A stretch of 32,000 nucleotides of DNA from Promethearchaeum syntrophicum. GTDB lineage: Archaea > Asgardarchaeota > Lokiarchaeia > Sigyniarchaeales > Promethearchaeaceae. Within the stretch, counting starts at the first letter, position 1. The number at the start of each line of letters is the position of its first letter. The notes under the pieces were generated by a model, which was given only the letters and a program-made list of their open reading frames with translations, was not told the origin of the DNA and searched no databases. Made by a program: the position numbers and the translations under genes. Positions 8,132 through 17,412 of this stretch are shown here, in pieces. The stretch is from assembly GCF_008000775.2 (NCBI RefSeq), contig NZ_CP042905.2, forward strand, positions 2,970,001 to 3,002,000, given 5' to 3'.

Positions 8132-8880
8132 TGAATTTGACAAAAAAAGGAAAAATAATAATTAGTCTTGGAGTGCTTGTAGTAATTCTCGGAGCAGGGA
8201 TTCCAATTATTGTCAGTAGCGTTGCCCAAGATTCTGCAGTGAAATTAACCCTTTTAGATAATGCGGGAGTAATGATTGAATTTCAAGAGACGCGGATTTA
8301 TATCGATCCATATAATTTTGGCAATGAATATGAAGATAAACCTGCGGACGCTATTTTAATAACGCACGAACATGGAGATCATTACGATCCTGATGTAATG
8401 GAGTCTTTGCAAAAGGAAGGAACGATCAATGTATTCCCGGCAATTATGGAAGCAGAAATCGCAAGATTTGATGGAATGGGTGTGGTTCCTGAGGAAAGCT
8501 TTATGGTAGGTAGCATAAATATTTCGACATTTTATATGTATACCAGTAACAGTCATCCACAATCATCAAATTACACCAGCTATATCATTGATATTAACGG
8601 ATTCACAATTTTTCATGCAGGCGATTCTTACAATTTAGTGGAATATTATGAATTGAGGGATAAAATCGATGTAGCAATGTTACCTGTGGGACCTGGATGC
8701 CAAACAATGGCAGAACAAGATATAATTACCGTCCTTTCAGTTATAAGACCAACTTATTACATACCCATACATTTTGCAGAAGATGCGGATGAAACATTCT
8801 TAGATACATATAGGGATTCGTTGAGTGATTATAAGGTAGTCCATTTATCATATTTTTCCTCACGTAGATTTTGGATCTAG
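8131..8880 (+). CDS. membrane-anchored metallo-beta-lactamase-fold hydrolase
   Basis: N-terminal TM helix, then ILITHEHGDHYD (HxHxDH) and later FHAGDS and IPIHF. Its start overlaps the previous stop (TAATG), so the two genes are probably translationally coupled. Confidence 0.7.
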   Translation: MNLTKKGKIIISLGVLVVILGAGIPIIVSSVAQDSAVKLTLLDNAGVMIEFQETRIYIDPYNFGNEYEDKPADAILITHEHGDHYDPDVMESLQKEGTINVFPAIMEAEIARFDGMGVVPEESFMVGSINISTFYMYTSNSHPQSSNYTSYIIDINGFTIFHAGDSYNLVEYYELRDKIDVAMLPVGPGCQTMAEQDIITVLSVIRPTYYIPIHFAEDADETFLDTYRDSLSDYKVVHLSYFSSRRFWI

Positions 8881-8884
8881 GATG

Positions 8885-8900
8885 TTTTTGTTTTTTTTTT
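8885..8900 (+). terminator. poly-T archaeal-type terminator
   Basis: T5-G-T10 begins 5 nt after the stop codon of 8131-8880. Confidence 0.45.
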
Positions 8901-8942
8901 AATCACATAAAATAACATGAAAAATATTTAAGGTTAAATAAA

Positions 8943-10184
8943 ATGAAAAATGAAAATCGCCCAGAACTTGACATTTTACGAATTATTTCTTGTTTAATAG
9001 TTATTGTCCTCATTCATATTCCAAACAATTATGCCTATACTTTTTATATGGATCTGAGTCAATATACGGGGTACCTAATTCATACTCTTGGTATTTCGGT
9101 TGCCATGGGATCTTTTATATTTATTTCGGGGTTTAGTCTTTATCTAAGTGAGAGTAATAGAAAATTGAATTCCAAGGAGAAAATTAAAAATTTCTTGAAA
9201 AAACGCTTTTTGAGGATTTTTCCCCTATATTGGTTTGCTTTAATTGTCTATTTGCTTATTTTTCCTGATACAGGGAGGACCGTTATCTTTGAAATTGCTC
9301 ACGTATTTGGATTACAAATGATCTTCGCTCCAATGGGGGGTGATCCGATTTGGACTATTTGGTTTATAGGTATTATTGTGATATATTACCTTATATTCAT
9401 GCTGTTGAGTTATTTAGATTCGCTGAAAAAAATTATTCCTGTTTCCATTCTGATTCAAGCAGGGTTTGTAACGCTTAACATATTATTTGATTTGGTTGAA
9501 TATCGATTCTTTCAGTATTATAATATCTTTATTCTGGGAATAATTATGTCAAAAATTTATATTTCACCTCAGTTCACAAAAGTCAAAGAATCACTCATAA
9601 AAAAAAACAAGAATCTTCCACTTATTATAGTATGTGTCATGGTTCTGATAAGTATTCCATTATATTTTGTCTTAGCGAGATATACACATACCAGTTTTCT
9701 TTCAAATTATGGAACTTACTATCTTTTTCAAATTGTCGCACGGCAACCGGGATACTTTGAGGTCGCCTCGGCCTTTCTATTACGACAACTCAATATTGTA
9801 TTGTTCCTTATTGGAATTTTGTCACTTTTGTATCTTGTGATGAAAATTCTGCATAAAATCTTTAAAAAAGAAAAGATTAATAAAATAATCTCCGTCGTGG
9901 CTTATTCAACATTTGGAGCCTATCTTTTCCATCGACCCATCATAATTCTGCTTTCGATCATCGTCACTGGTATTTTCAATGTTAATATGTATGCAAGAGA
10001 AAATTTCTATATTGCTTTATTATTCGTTCCCATTATCTTTCTATTCTCATATGGTTTACAAAAAACATCCGATCGGGCAATAGCATTGTTTAAAAAGCGA
10101 AAACATAAAAAAATTGATGAAATTAAAGAAATTGTTGAAATTGAATCTCCATCAATTACAGAAAAAAGTTCCACATTAACTTAA
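8943..10184 (+). CDS. acyltransferase family 3 (OafA-like) integral membrane protein
   Basis: N-terminal RPELDILRIISCLIVIVLIH matches the acyltransferase_3 signature. About 10 hydrophobic segments. Late motif AYSTFGAYLFHRP. Confidence 0.65.
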   Translation: MKNENRPELDILRIISCLIVIVLIHIPNNYAYTFYMDLSQYTGYLIHTLGISVAMGSFIFISGFSLYLSESNRKLNSKEKIKNFLKKRFLRIFPLYWFALIVYLLIFPDTGRTVIFEIAHVFGLQMIFAPMGGDPIWTIWFIGIIVIYYLIFMLLSYLDSLKKIIPVSILIQAGFVTLNILFDLVEYRFFQYYNIFILGIIMSKIYISPQFTKVKESLIKKNKNLPLIIVCVMVLISIPLYFVLARYTHTSFLSNYGTYYLFQIVARQPGYFEVASAFLLRQLNIVLFLIGILSLLYLVMKILHKIFKKEKINKIISVVAYSTFGAYLFHRPIIILLSIIVTGIFNVNMYARENFYIALLFVPIIFLFSYGLQKTSDRAIALFKKRKHKKIDEIKEIVEIESPSITEKSSTLT

Positions 10185-10196
10185 ATCATAGATACA

Positions 10197-10206
10197 TTTT
10201 TTTTTT
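10197..10206 (+). terminator. poly-T terminator
   Basis: T10 run 13 nt after the stop of 8943-10184. Confidence 0.4.
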
Positions 10207-10394
10207 CAAATATTTCTCAGAAATTTTATTACTTGGCTTGTTTTCTCTGGGTTCAATTATTTTGATTTCATCTTCTATAACTTCAAAGAATTCAGTGATA
10301 ATTTTATGATTGAATCCTATTTTTATGAATTATAATTAAAAATCAATACAAAAAATTTAACCGATATCGTTAATTTTATTTCTTCAGAGATATA

Positions 10395-11015
10395 ATGGAA
10401 CGATTTATGGAAATAAAGAACGGTCGGGCACAAATTAATATTGGAAAAAATGGTATCACACCTACTTTTCTGGAACATCTTAAAATAATATTAAAAAAAG
10501 AAAAAATAGTGAAAATTAAAATTTTAAAAGAAATCTCAATGGAACAAGGGAATGAACCCCTTATTAATAAAATTATTGAAGATTTGAACGTTTTCGTTTT
10601 AGATTCCCGAGGAAACACATTTATTATTTCGAAAAAGAAAATTTCCGATATCCATATCCCAAAAAAATATTTATTATTAAAAAATACATTTCACCCCCCT
10701 TCTAAAAAGAAAAAGGAAGAAATTGAGGTTATAGAAACAGAAAAAATCCCAAATGAAAGCAATTTTTCTGAACCTGATTATATAGATTATGATAATAAGG
10801 AATTAGTTGCAGAAATAGATAAACAAAGCGACATACTTTATGGTTCTGTTTCAGAACCCGTAGAAAAGGAATCTGATCAAACACGAAACCCTAAAAAAGC
10901 AAAATTTCATTCAAAGAAAAGAAGTTATCCAAAATCTAATAATCGATCTAGAAAACAAATTAAAAATAAACGCAAATTTAAGAAAGGTAGTAAAAAAAAG
11001 AAGAAAAAATTCTAA
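10395..11015 (+). CDS. YhbY/CRM-domain RNA-binding protein with long lysine-rich C-terminal tail
   Basis: INIGKNGITPTFLEHLKIILKKEKIVKIKIL ... GNTFII is the CRS1/YhbY pattern. Residues from about 95 to 206 are an acidic-then-basic low-complexity tail ending KRKFKKGSKKKKKKF. Confidence 0.65.
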   Translation: MERFMEIKNGRAQINIGKNGITPTFLEHLKIILKKEKIVKIKILKEISMEQGNEPLINKIIEDLNVFVLDSRGNTFIISKKKISDIHIPKKYLLLKNTFHPPSKKKKEEIEVIETEKIPNESNFSEPDYIDYDNKELVAEIDKQSDILYGSVSEPVEKESDQTRNPKKAKFHSKKRSYPKSNNRSRKQIKNKRKFKKGSKKKKKKF

Positions 11016-11028
11016 TAGATGAGAAAAA

Positions 11029-11463
11029 ATGCCTCGAGGGAATCGAAAAAAGGGACCTCATAGAAATAAGATTAGAAAGAGTTTCCAAAAACGCCATTTA
11101 TTGATGCAAAAATTAGCTCGAGGTAGAATTGAAGAACTTCTGGAGTTAGCTAAGAAAACCCATGCTGAAGATCCAAAATTAGCTAATAGATATGTCACTC
11201 TTGCCCGAAATATTGCGATGGGAACCAAAGTGGCGATACCAGCAATTTTAAAGAGATATATTTGCCATAATTGTAAACAATTATTAGTCCCCGGAAGAAA
11301 TATGCGTTTTCGAATTAATAATAAGGTACATTATGGTACTTATGTTTCGGTAACTTGTCTCACTTGTGGCCAAATTAGCCGTTATATAGTGAAAGGACGT
11401 GCGCGAAGAGATAAAAAGGTAAAAAATGATGACCAATCCAAGAATGCATATAATTCTAACTGA
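11029..11463 (+). CDS. rnp4: RNase P protein component 4 (Rpp21/Rpr2 family)
   Basis: Basic helical N-terminus (RIEELLELAKK...ANRYVTLARNIAM). Zinc ribbon CHNCKQLLVPGRN...VTCLTCGQ (CxxC...CxxC). Confidence 0.8.
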   Translation: MPRGNRKKGPHRNKIRKSFQKRHLLMQKLARGRIEELLELAKKTHAEDPKLANRYVTLARNIAMGTKVAIPAILKRYICHNCKQLLVPGRNMRFRINNKVHYGTYVSVTCLTCGQISRYIVKGRARRDKKVKNDDQSKNAYNSN

Positions 11464-12118
11464 AACAGCCCTAGAATTGATCCCAAAATCCCTAAAGAAG
11501 AAACCAAGTACTATGAAAAGTATTGAAAAATTTGGACGAGCGGGACAAATTCTTGATACATCACTACATCATTCAAATATGCATACATTAGAAAACTCCC
11601 AAAAGAGAGGTAGACCGGACATCCTTCATCATTTTCTACTTGACACCCTTGGGAGCCCTGCCAATATAAAGGGATTTTTAGAAATATATTTTCACTGTGC
11701 ATCAGGTTTCTATAAAGTAAATTCAGAAATGAAGTGTCCAAGAGATTACATCAGATTTAAGGGGTTAATGTTTCAATTGATCAGAAAAGGGCATATTCCT
11801 CCAAATCAACAACCTTATCTCATATCAAGAATGGATATTGATCTAAAAGATTGGATAAAAAATAATTTTAACAGGAAAAACACTTTTATATTTTCACTAA
11901 ATGGCAAAGAAGCATCTTTAGAAACGATTACTTCAAAATTCTTTAATGAAGCAAACAAATGTGCTGTGTTAATTGGTGGATTTCAAAAAAATCATTTTTC
12001 CGATGATATTCTAGAAATACCAAGTCAAATGTTTGCTTTAGCAGATAGAGGATATGATAGTTGGATTGTAACGAATCGATTATTAGCAAAATTTGAACTA
12101 GATTTGAAATTAATTTAA
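11426..12118 (+). CDS. nep1: Nep1/EMG1 SSU rRNA pseudouridine N1-methyltransferase
   Basis: HIILTETALELIP near the N-terminus and RGRPDILHHFLLDTLGSP are Nep1 hallmarks. The start is ambiguous: ATG 11426, 11429 or 11444. All three overlap the end of rnp4. Confidence 0.8.
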   Translation: MMTNPRMHIILTETALELIPKSLKKKPSTMKSIEKFGRAGQILDTSLHHSNMHTLENSQKRGRPDILHHFLLDTLGSPANIKGFLEIYFHCASGFYKVNSEMKCPRDYIRFKGLMFQLIRKGHIPPNQQPYLISRMDIDLKDWIKNNFNRKNTFIFSLNGKEASLETITSKFFNEANKCAVLIGGFQKNHFSDDILEIPSQMFALADRGYDSWIVTNRLLAKFELDLKLI

Positions 12119-12223
12119 CTTAGGATAATTTTAAATAATTTTTATTTAATATATTAGATACTTTGTTTTATTTTATTTTTATAAACCAATATTTTTATTT
12201 TAAGAAGATCATCAATTAGAAAT

Positions 12224-12619
12224 ATGGTAGACATTTTAAAAAAAGAATTAAAAATGGATTTTGATTCCGCTGTAACAAGAGTTGAAAAAATTGTTTCTGA
12301 AGAAGGTTTCACCGTAATGTTAACAAAACCAATAGATGAGATTTTCAAAAAGAAATTAGGGTTAAAAGAATATCCTAAATATACAACAATTCTTGCCTGC
12401 GGAGCAAAATTTGCAAAAGCAGCAATGGACGTATCTAAAGATGTTGGGTTACTATTCCCTTGTAGTTTTGTTGTGTATGAGGAAGGAAATAAAATTTATG
12501 TTTCACATTCATCTATTATGAAAATCGCCCCAGAAATTGGATTTGCATCTTATGAAGAGATGAAGCCGGTAATTGAAATGACAGGAAAAGCTGTACACAC
12601 TGCATGGGATAGATTATAA
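12224..12619 (+). CDS. DUF302 domain protein
   Basis: FDSAVTRVEKIVSEEGFTV ... YTTILACGAKFAKAAMDVSKDVGLLFPCSFVVYEEGNKIYVSH fits the DUF302 pattern. Confidence 0.7.
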   Translation: MVDILKKELKMDFDSAVTRVEKIVSEEGFTVMLTKPIDEIFKKKLGLKEYPKYTTILACGAKFAKAAMDVSKDVGLLFPCSFVVYEEGNKIYVSHSSIMKIAPEIGFASYEEMKPVIEMTGKAVHTAWDRL

Positions 12620-12644
12620 ACCCATCCTTAATAGGAGGAATTAT

Positions 12645-13724
12645 ATGTCCGATTATTATTTTAAGCAGATAAATCCCGAGCATACTTGTAAAGCCTATTT
12701 ATTCGGTCCTGTGAATAGCAAAAGCGTCGCAATTGTGGACCCTGAACTTGAACATATTGATGAATATTTGGACCTATTAAGAAAAGAAAATTTCACACTC
12801 AAATATATCATAGATACGCACACACATGCAGATCATCTATCAGGAGCAGCTGCATTAAAGGAGGAATCAGATGCAAAACTTATCATGCATAAAAAAGCTC
12901 CCGCTAAATGTGTGTCTATTCGTGTCTCTAACGGAGATGAATTGGATTTTGAAGGATTGAACATCAAATTTATAGAGACACCGGGCCATACTAAAGATTC
13001 AATAAGTATAATTCTACCAGGTAAAATTCTAACAGGAGATTCGTTATTTTTAGACGATGGAGGTGCGGGTAGGGACGATTTACCGGGTGGTTCTTCAGAA
13101 TTACATTGGGAGACTTTTCAAAAATTTTTATCTCTTCCAGAAGACTTAATTGTTTTTCCAGCTCATGATTACCGGGATAGAAAACCTTCATCATTAAAAA
13201 AACAAAAAGAGTCAAATCCCTTTTTAAAACCTCGAACCAAAGAAGAATATGTAGAATTTCTCTTAGATTTACAATTAGGTCCCGCAGAATGGATGAAAGA
13301 TGTATTAAAAGCAAACTATGAATGCACTACAGATCCAAAAGCTGCATGGGTCCCAATTGATTCTCCTTCTTGTGAAGTAATGGGAACTCTTCAACCAGGA
13401 GTCGAAGAACAGCAAGTAAATAATATCTTACCTCGTAAATTACAAGAAAAACTTGATAATAAGGAAGATTTTGTTTTTATTGATGTTAGGGGAATTTCTG
13501 AACTTCATGGAAAATTAGGTAAGGTTGTTGAAGCAATAAACATTCCATTGACTTCGATAATGAATGATGTAGGTCAGATGAATAAATATATTAACAAATC
13601 AATAGTTGCCATTTGTGGAGGAGGGAAGCGCTCCATAATCGCCGCTAAAATGTTAAAGAAATCAGGTTTTAAAAATCCTCTTTATGTTGAAGGAGGAATT
13701 AGGGCTTGGAGGAAAATTAAATAA
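12645..13724 (+). CDS. ETHE1-type persulfide dioxygenase (MBL fold) fused to a C-terminal rhodanese domain
   Basis: DTHTHADH (HxHxDH), ETPGHT, GDSLFLDDGG and FPAHDY match the ETHE1-like metal site. The C-terminal rhodanese has active-site loop CGGGKRS and ending VEGGIRAW. AGGAGG lies 8 nt before the ATG. Confidence 0.75.
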   Translation: MSDYYFKQINPEHTCKAYLFGPVNSKSVAIVDPELEHIDEYLDLLRKENFTLKYIIDTHTHADHLSGAAALKEESDAKLIMHKKAPAKCVSIRVSNGDELDFEGLNIKFIETPGHTKDSISIILPGKILTGDSLFLDDGGAGRDDLPGGSSELHWETFQKFLSLPEDLIVFPAHDYRDRKPSSLKKQKESNPFLKPRTKEEYVEFLLDLQLGPAEWMKDVLKANYECTTDPKAAWVPIDSPSCEVMGTLQPGVEEQQVNNILPRKLQEKLDNKEDFVFIDVRGISELHGKLGKVVEAINIPLTSIMNDVGQMNKYINKSIVAICGGGKRSIIAAKMLKKSGFKNPLYVEGGIRAWRKIK

Positions 13725-13755
13725 CCTTATTTTTTACTTCATTTTTTATTACTTG

Positions 13756-15147
13756 ATGAATGATAAGCCCATTACAGCAATTTTAATCGGAGCCGGTTGG
13801 AGAGGTAGAGTCACTTATGGATCCTATGCATTAAAATTCCCAGATAATTTGAAATTTATAGCAGTGGCGGAACCCGATTCAAAAAAAAGAGATTTATTTC
13901 AAAAAGAACACAATATTCCAAATTCATTTGTGTTCAAATCATGGCAAGAGATTTTAGATCCATCTGTAGGAAAAATAGCTGAAACCGCTTTTATATGTAC
14001 GCAAGATCAGATGCATTACCAGCCGGCAATAAAAGCTCTTGAGTTGGAATATGATCTTTTACTAGAAAAACCTATTTCACCAAGCTTTGAGGAATGTAAT
14101 CACATCTCAAACTTAGCTCAGGAGAAAAAAAGAATCGTTCAAGTATGTCATGTACTAAGATTTACTAAATTTTTTAAAAAATTAAAAGAATTAATTGATT
14201 CTGGTGCCATTGGGGATATTATTGATTATGATCATTCAGAAAATGTCTCATATTGGCATTTTGGGCATTCTTATGTACGAGGTAGTTATAAAAAAAAAGA
14301 TGAATCTTCACCCCTAATTCTTGCAAAATGTTGTCATGATCTTGATATAATGTACTGGTTAATTGGGAAAAAACCTTTGACTGTTCAATCCAAAGGATTT
14401 TTATCTTTTTTTAGCCCAGAAAACGCACCTAAAAATGCTCCTGAAAGATGTACTGATGGATGTCCCCAAGAAGAAACTTGCCCATGGTATGCTCCCGGAC
14501 TATATTTAGAAGGAGAGCCACTTATTAGAATTGGATTACATGCAAAATCTCGTTTTTTACGATTTTTTTCATCATTAATACTTAATCACCGAAATATAAT
14601 GCTATTTTTAAGTAAATTTATAAAAAAACTTAGACCATTTTTAAATTGGGAAGAATTCCCTGCCAATTTCATTACATCTGACTTATCATATGAAGGAAAA
14701 ATGAAAGCACTTAAAGAAGGTCCTTTTGGAAAATGTATTTTTAAAACTGGCAATGATGTTGTTGACCACCAAATTGCAACTTATACGTTTCCAAATGGGG
14801 TTATCGGAACTCTAAGAATTACCGGCTTAAGTGAGTTTGAAGGCAGAGAATTAAGAATATTTGGAACAAAGGGTGTTATTCGAGCACATTTTCGAACAGT
14901 TGAAGAAGAAATAAAAATCACTGATTTTAGAACATATAAAACAAAAAGAGTCTATATAAAAGGATTATCTAAAGGAAGCCATGGCGGGGGAGATTTTAAC
15001 CTTCTGGATTCATTTATTAAAGTAATCAAGGGAGACTTAACACCAGAACAAGCAGGAACAACAAATATTCAAGGAGCTTTGCAATCACACATCATGGCTT
15101 TTGCAGGTGAGGAAGCCCGAATCAGCGGTCGAAATCACGAATTCTGA
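13756..15147 (+). CDS. Gfo/Idh/MocA-family NAD(P)-dependent oxidoreductase
   Basis: Start moved to ATG 13756 (MNDKPITAILIGAGWRGR), because the ORF-track start overlaps the previous gene. Rossmann GAGWRG and the LLLEKP motif are present. Confidence 0.7.
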   Translation: MNDKPITAILIGAGWRGRVTYGSYALKFPDNLKFIAVAEPDSKKRDLFQKEHNIPNSFVFKSWQEILDPSVGKIAETAFICTQDQMHYQPAIKALELEYDLLLEKPISPSFEECNHISNLAQEKKRIVQVCHVLRFTKFFKKLKELIDSGAIGDIIDYDHSENVSYWHFGHSYVRGSYKKKDESSPLILAKCCHDLDIMYWLIGKKPLTVQSKGFLSFFSPENAPKNAPERCTDGCPQEETCPWYAPGLYLEGEPLIRIGLHAKSRFLRFFSSLILNHRNIMLFLSKFIKKLRPFLNWEEFPANFITSDLSYEGKMKALKEGPFGKCIFKTGNDVVDHQIATYTFPNGVIGTLRITGLSEFEGRELRIFGTKGVIRAHFRTVEEEIKITDFRTYKTKRVYIKGLSKGSHGGGDFNLLDSFIKVIKGDLTPEQAGTTNIQGALQSHIMAFAGEEARISGRNHEF

Positions 15148-15155
15148 GAAATTAC

Positions 15156-17408
15156 TTATTGAAAATACCATGAAATTTCTTGGATCTTTTCTTCAATTTT
15201 TTCCCTTTCGATATCTGATAATATATTCGATTGAGGAGTTTGTATGTTAGAAGCAATTATTCTTCCAAACTTATCTTTCCAAATTAGATCTCCAGTTATT
15301 TTTTTTCTACTAAAAAATTTCTTAGAGAATTTGAGAAATGAATCTTTCAGAAAAATGAATAATAATTTAGAAGCATTTTGATAAGGTCCTAAATCTTCTC
15401 TTCCAATTATTTTAAAAAAATCTTGATCTACTTGATTCTTTTCAAATAATGATTTGAATATTTTCTGTATTAAATCTATTCGAAATTCTGCTATATTTTT
15501 ACTATTTAGAACACTTTTTAGAATTAAAGATAAAATATCTTTTTCATTGGAAGAAAATTTTTTGAATAATCCTTCAATAGTTCGTTTTTCTGCTTCGTAT
15601 ATATTTCTACAATAATCACGTGTAGAGACATTCAATCTTTTGGTACTTTTACCCAATTTAATTTGATAATCTGAATACATTTTTTCGGATAATCCCATTT
15701 TACCCATAATCGCCAGTTTTTCTAAATTACTTTTTAAGACATAGCTACCATAGATAAATTTCATTGAGTCACATTTCTTAATTGCAATATCAATTTCTCC
15801 TGAAGATATATAACCATATTTTGTAAAATCTGAGATTATCTGCCATGGGAGCACATTGGAAATTATTGGAACGCCTTTTTTAATTAAGAAAACAACTTGA
15901 TCGGGAGTTAAAATAGTTTTTGGTTGAGCTTTTTTTGTCCAATTCGGTTTATCAATTAATTTTGGATTACATAGAGTATAATCAAAAGGTTGGATAAATG
16001 AAATAATGGGGGAAGTTGGATCTATAATAATTCTTGCACCATCAGTAAATGATTGAAGGAATTCTTCGTGTAATTTATTAACATTAACATCCCATTGAAT
16101 AATTATTGAATTTTTTGAAAGACCAAAATTAGGTTGCCTCTTTCTTTGATGCTCAATCCAATTAGGAATAATTTCATCCCCTTTAAGCCAATTAAAAAAT
16201 TTCCGGTGTAAATTTATTTCTTCATTCATAATATATTCTCTATTACTGGTTTTAATATGTTGAATTACATAATTTAAGGTAGGATATCTCTCCAATAAAG
16301 TTGTAGATATAAATGAGAAATCTCTCTGGTTGTAATAGCTTGAATATCCTTCTTTAACAAAATAAATTGGTCTTTCTCCAGCAGATTTCATAATATAGAT
16401 TAGAAAGTCATCTGCCATATCGTAAGCAGGAAGGAAATATGCTTTCGTGTTAGTTTTAGAGGAAATCCACTTTTTTATATATATAATTGATGTCCCTGAA
16501 ATCTCCAATTTATCATAAATTAGATAGTATCTCTTCTTTAATAATTGAGGAGATATATTCCAAGATTTGTTCAAATTTGTTAAATTTTCCTGATTCCCAT
16601 TAAAAAGCAACTCTAGAGTTATTTTTGCATCACAAATTTCCTCATTCGAGATGTTTTTCGGCTTTTTAAAACTTTCAAAATGAAAAATATAATTTAGTTT
16701 GTTTGCGATTTTATTCAAAATATAAGCATTCTCAAGCTTATTAATCATCCCTAAGTTCCAGAAATTTTGAATAAAAATCTCTAAAATATCATGGAATTTC
16801 TGATAAAAAAAATCAAACATTGCCTCAATGAATAACTTTTCTTCTTCTTTAGAATCTTTTAAGAGTTCAAAATATGAATCAATTTTATATAAAATTAGAT
16901 CTGAACTTAATATATTTAAATCATCTTCTAAGGATTTTACGAGAGTTTTTACTTGTGTGGTATATGATTCTTTTTTTAAAAGATATCTACATAATATCTT
17001 TATTCTCTCATTAAAAGGAATTTCTATTTTATTGATTTTATCGCCAACTTGAACGAGTGAAATTTCCTTAATTTTTTCAAGATAGGATGAGAGATTGGAT
17101 GTTTTAATTAATTTCAATTGTGATTTTTGATTTGATATATTTTTTACTTGTTCATCAGATAGCATTAGAAGTAATTTTCCCAAATGCTTACACCAATCAA
17201 AAGACCGGTTAAGAAAATCAGGACAATAATGTGCCACATATTTTTCCTGCAAGTTAATAATGGCAGTGTAAGGATTTTGCGCACTCCCTTGGATAATACA
17301 ATATGTAATCAAAGGAATTTCTTGAATAATTGCAAATTCAAGTACATTCTTATCAGAAATCGACCTAGCTCTAGATAACCGTGAAGATGAAACTAAATTT
17401 TGTATCAT
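15156..17408 (-). CDS. SWIM-type zinc-finger protein, 750 aa, third gene of the MoxR-vWA operon
   Basis: N-terminus RLSRARSISDKNVLEF...CIIQGSAQNPYTAIINL...AHYCPDFLNRSFDWCKHLGKLLL has SWIM-like ligands H60-x-C62...C73-x-H75. The remaining ~670 aa match no family I recognise. The start lies 4 nt after the vWA gene stop. Confidence 0.6.
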   Translation of the reverse strand: MIQNLVSSSRLSRARSISDKNVLEFAIIQEIPLITYCIIQGSAQNPYTAIINLQEKYVAHYCPDFLNRSFDWCKHLGKLLLMLSDEQVKNISNQKSQLKLIKTSNLSSYLEKIKEISLVQVGDKINKIEIPFNERIKILCRYLLKKESYTTQVKTLVKSLEDDLNILSSDLILYKIDSYFELLKDSKEEEKLFIEAMFDFFYQKFHDILEIFIQNFWNLGMINKLENAYILNKIANKLNYIFHFESFKKPKNISNEEICDAKITLELLFNGNQENLTNLNKSWNISPQLLKKRYYLIYDKLEISGTSIIYIKKWISSKTNTKAYFLPAYDMADDFLIYIMKSAGERPIYFVKEGYSSYYNQRDFSFISTTLLERYPTLNYVIQHIKTSNREYIMNEEINLHRKFFNWLKGDEIIPNWIEHQRKRQPNFGLSKNSIIIQWDVNVNKLHEEFLQSFTDGARIIIDPTSPIISFIQPFDYTLCNPKLIDKPNWTKKAQPKTILTPDQVVFLIKKGVPIISNVLPWQIISDFTKYGYISSGEIDIAIKKCDSMKFIYGSYVLKSNLEKLAIMGKMGLSEKMYSDYQIKLGKSTKRLNVSTRDYCRNIYEAEKRTIEGLFKKFSSNEKDILSLILKSVLNSKNIAEFRIDLIQKIFKSLFEKNQVDQDFFKIIGREDLGPYQNASKLLFIFLKDSFLKFSKKFFSRKKITGDLIWKDKFGRIIASNIQTPQSNILSDIEREKIEEKIQEISWYFQ

Positions 17409-17412
17409 ATTA

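Noticed and set aside
10376-10618. Minus-strand 80-aa ORF
   Set aside because: It is antisense to the YhbY/CRM gene, whose domain motif is clear.
13684-13755. Upstream extension of the Gfo/Idh/MocA ORF
   Set aside because: It overlaps the end of the rhodanese fusion and encodes implausible sequence (LIFYFIFYYL). The Rossmann N-terminus begins right after ATG 13756.
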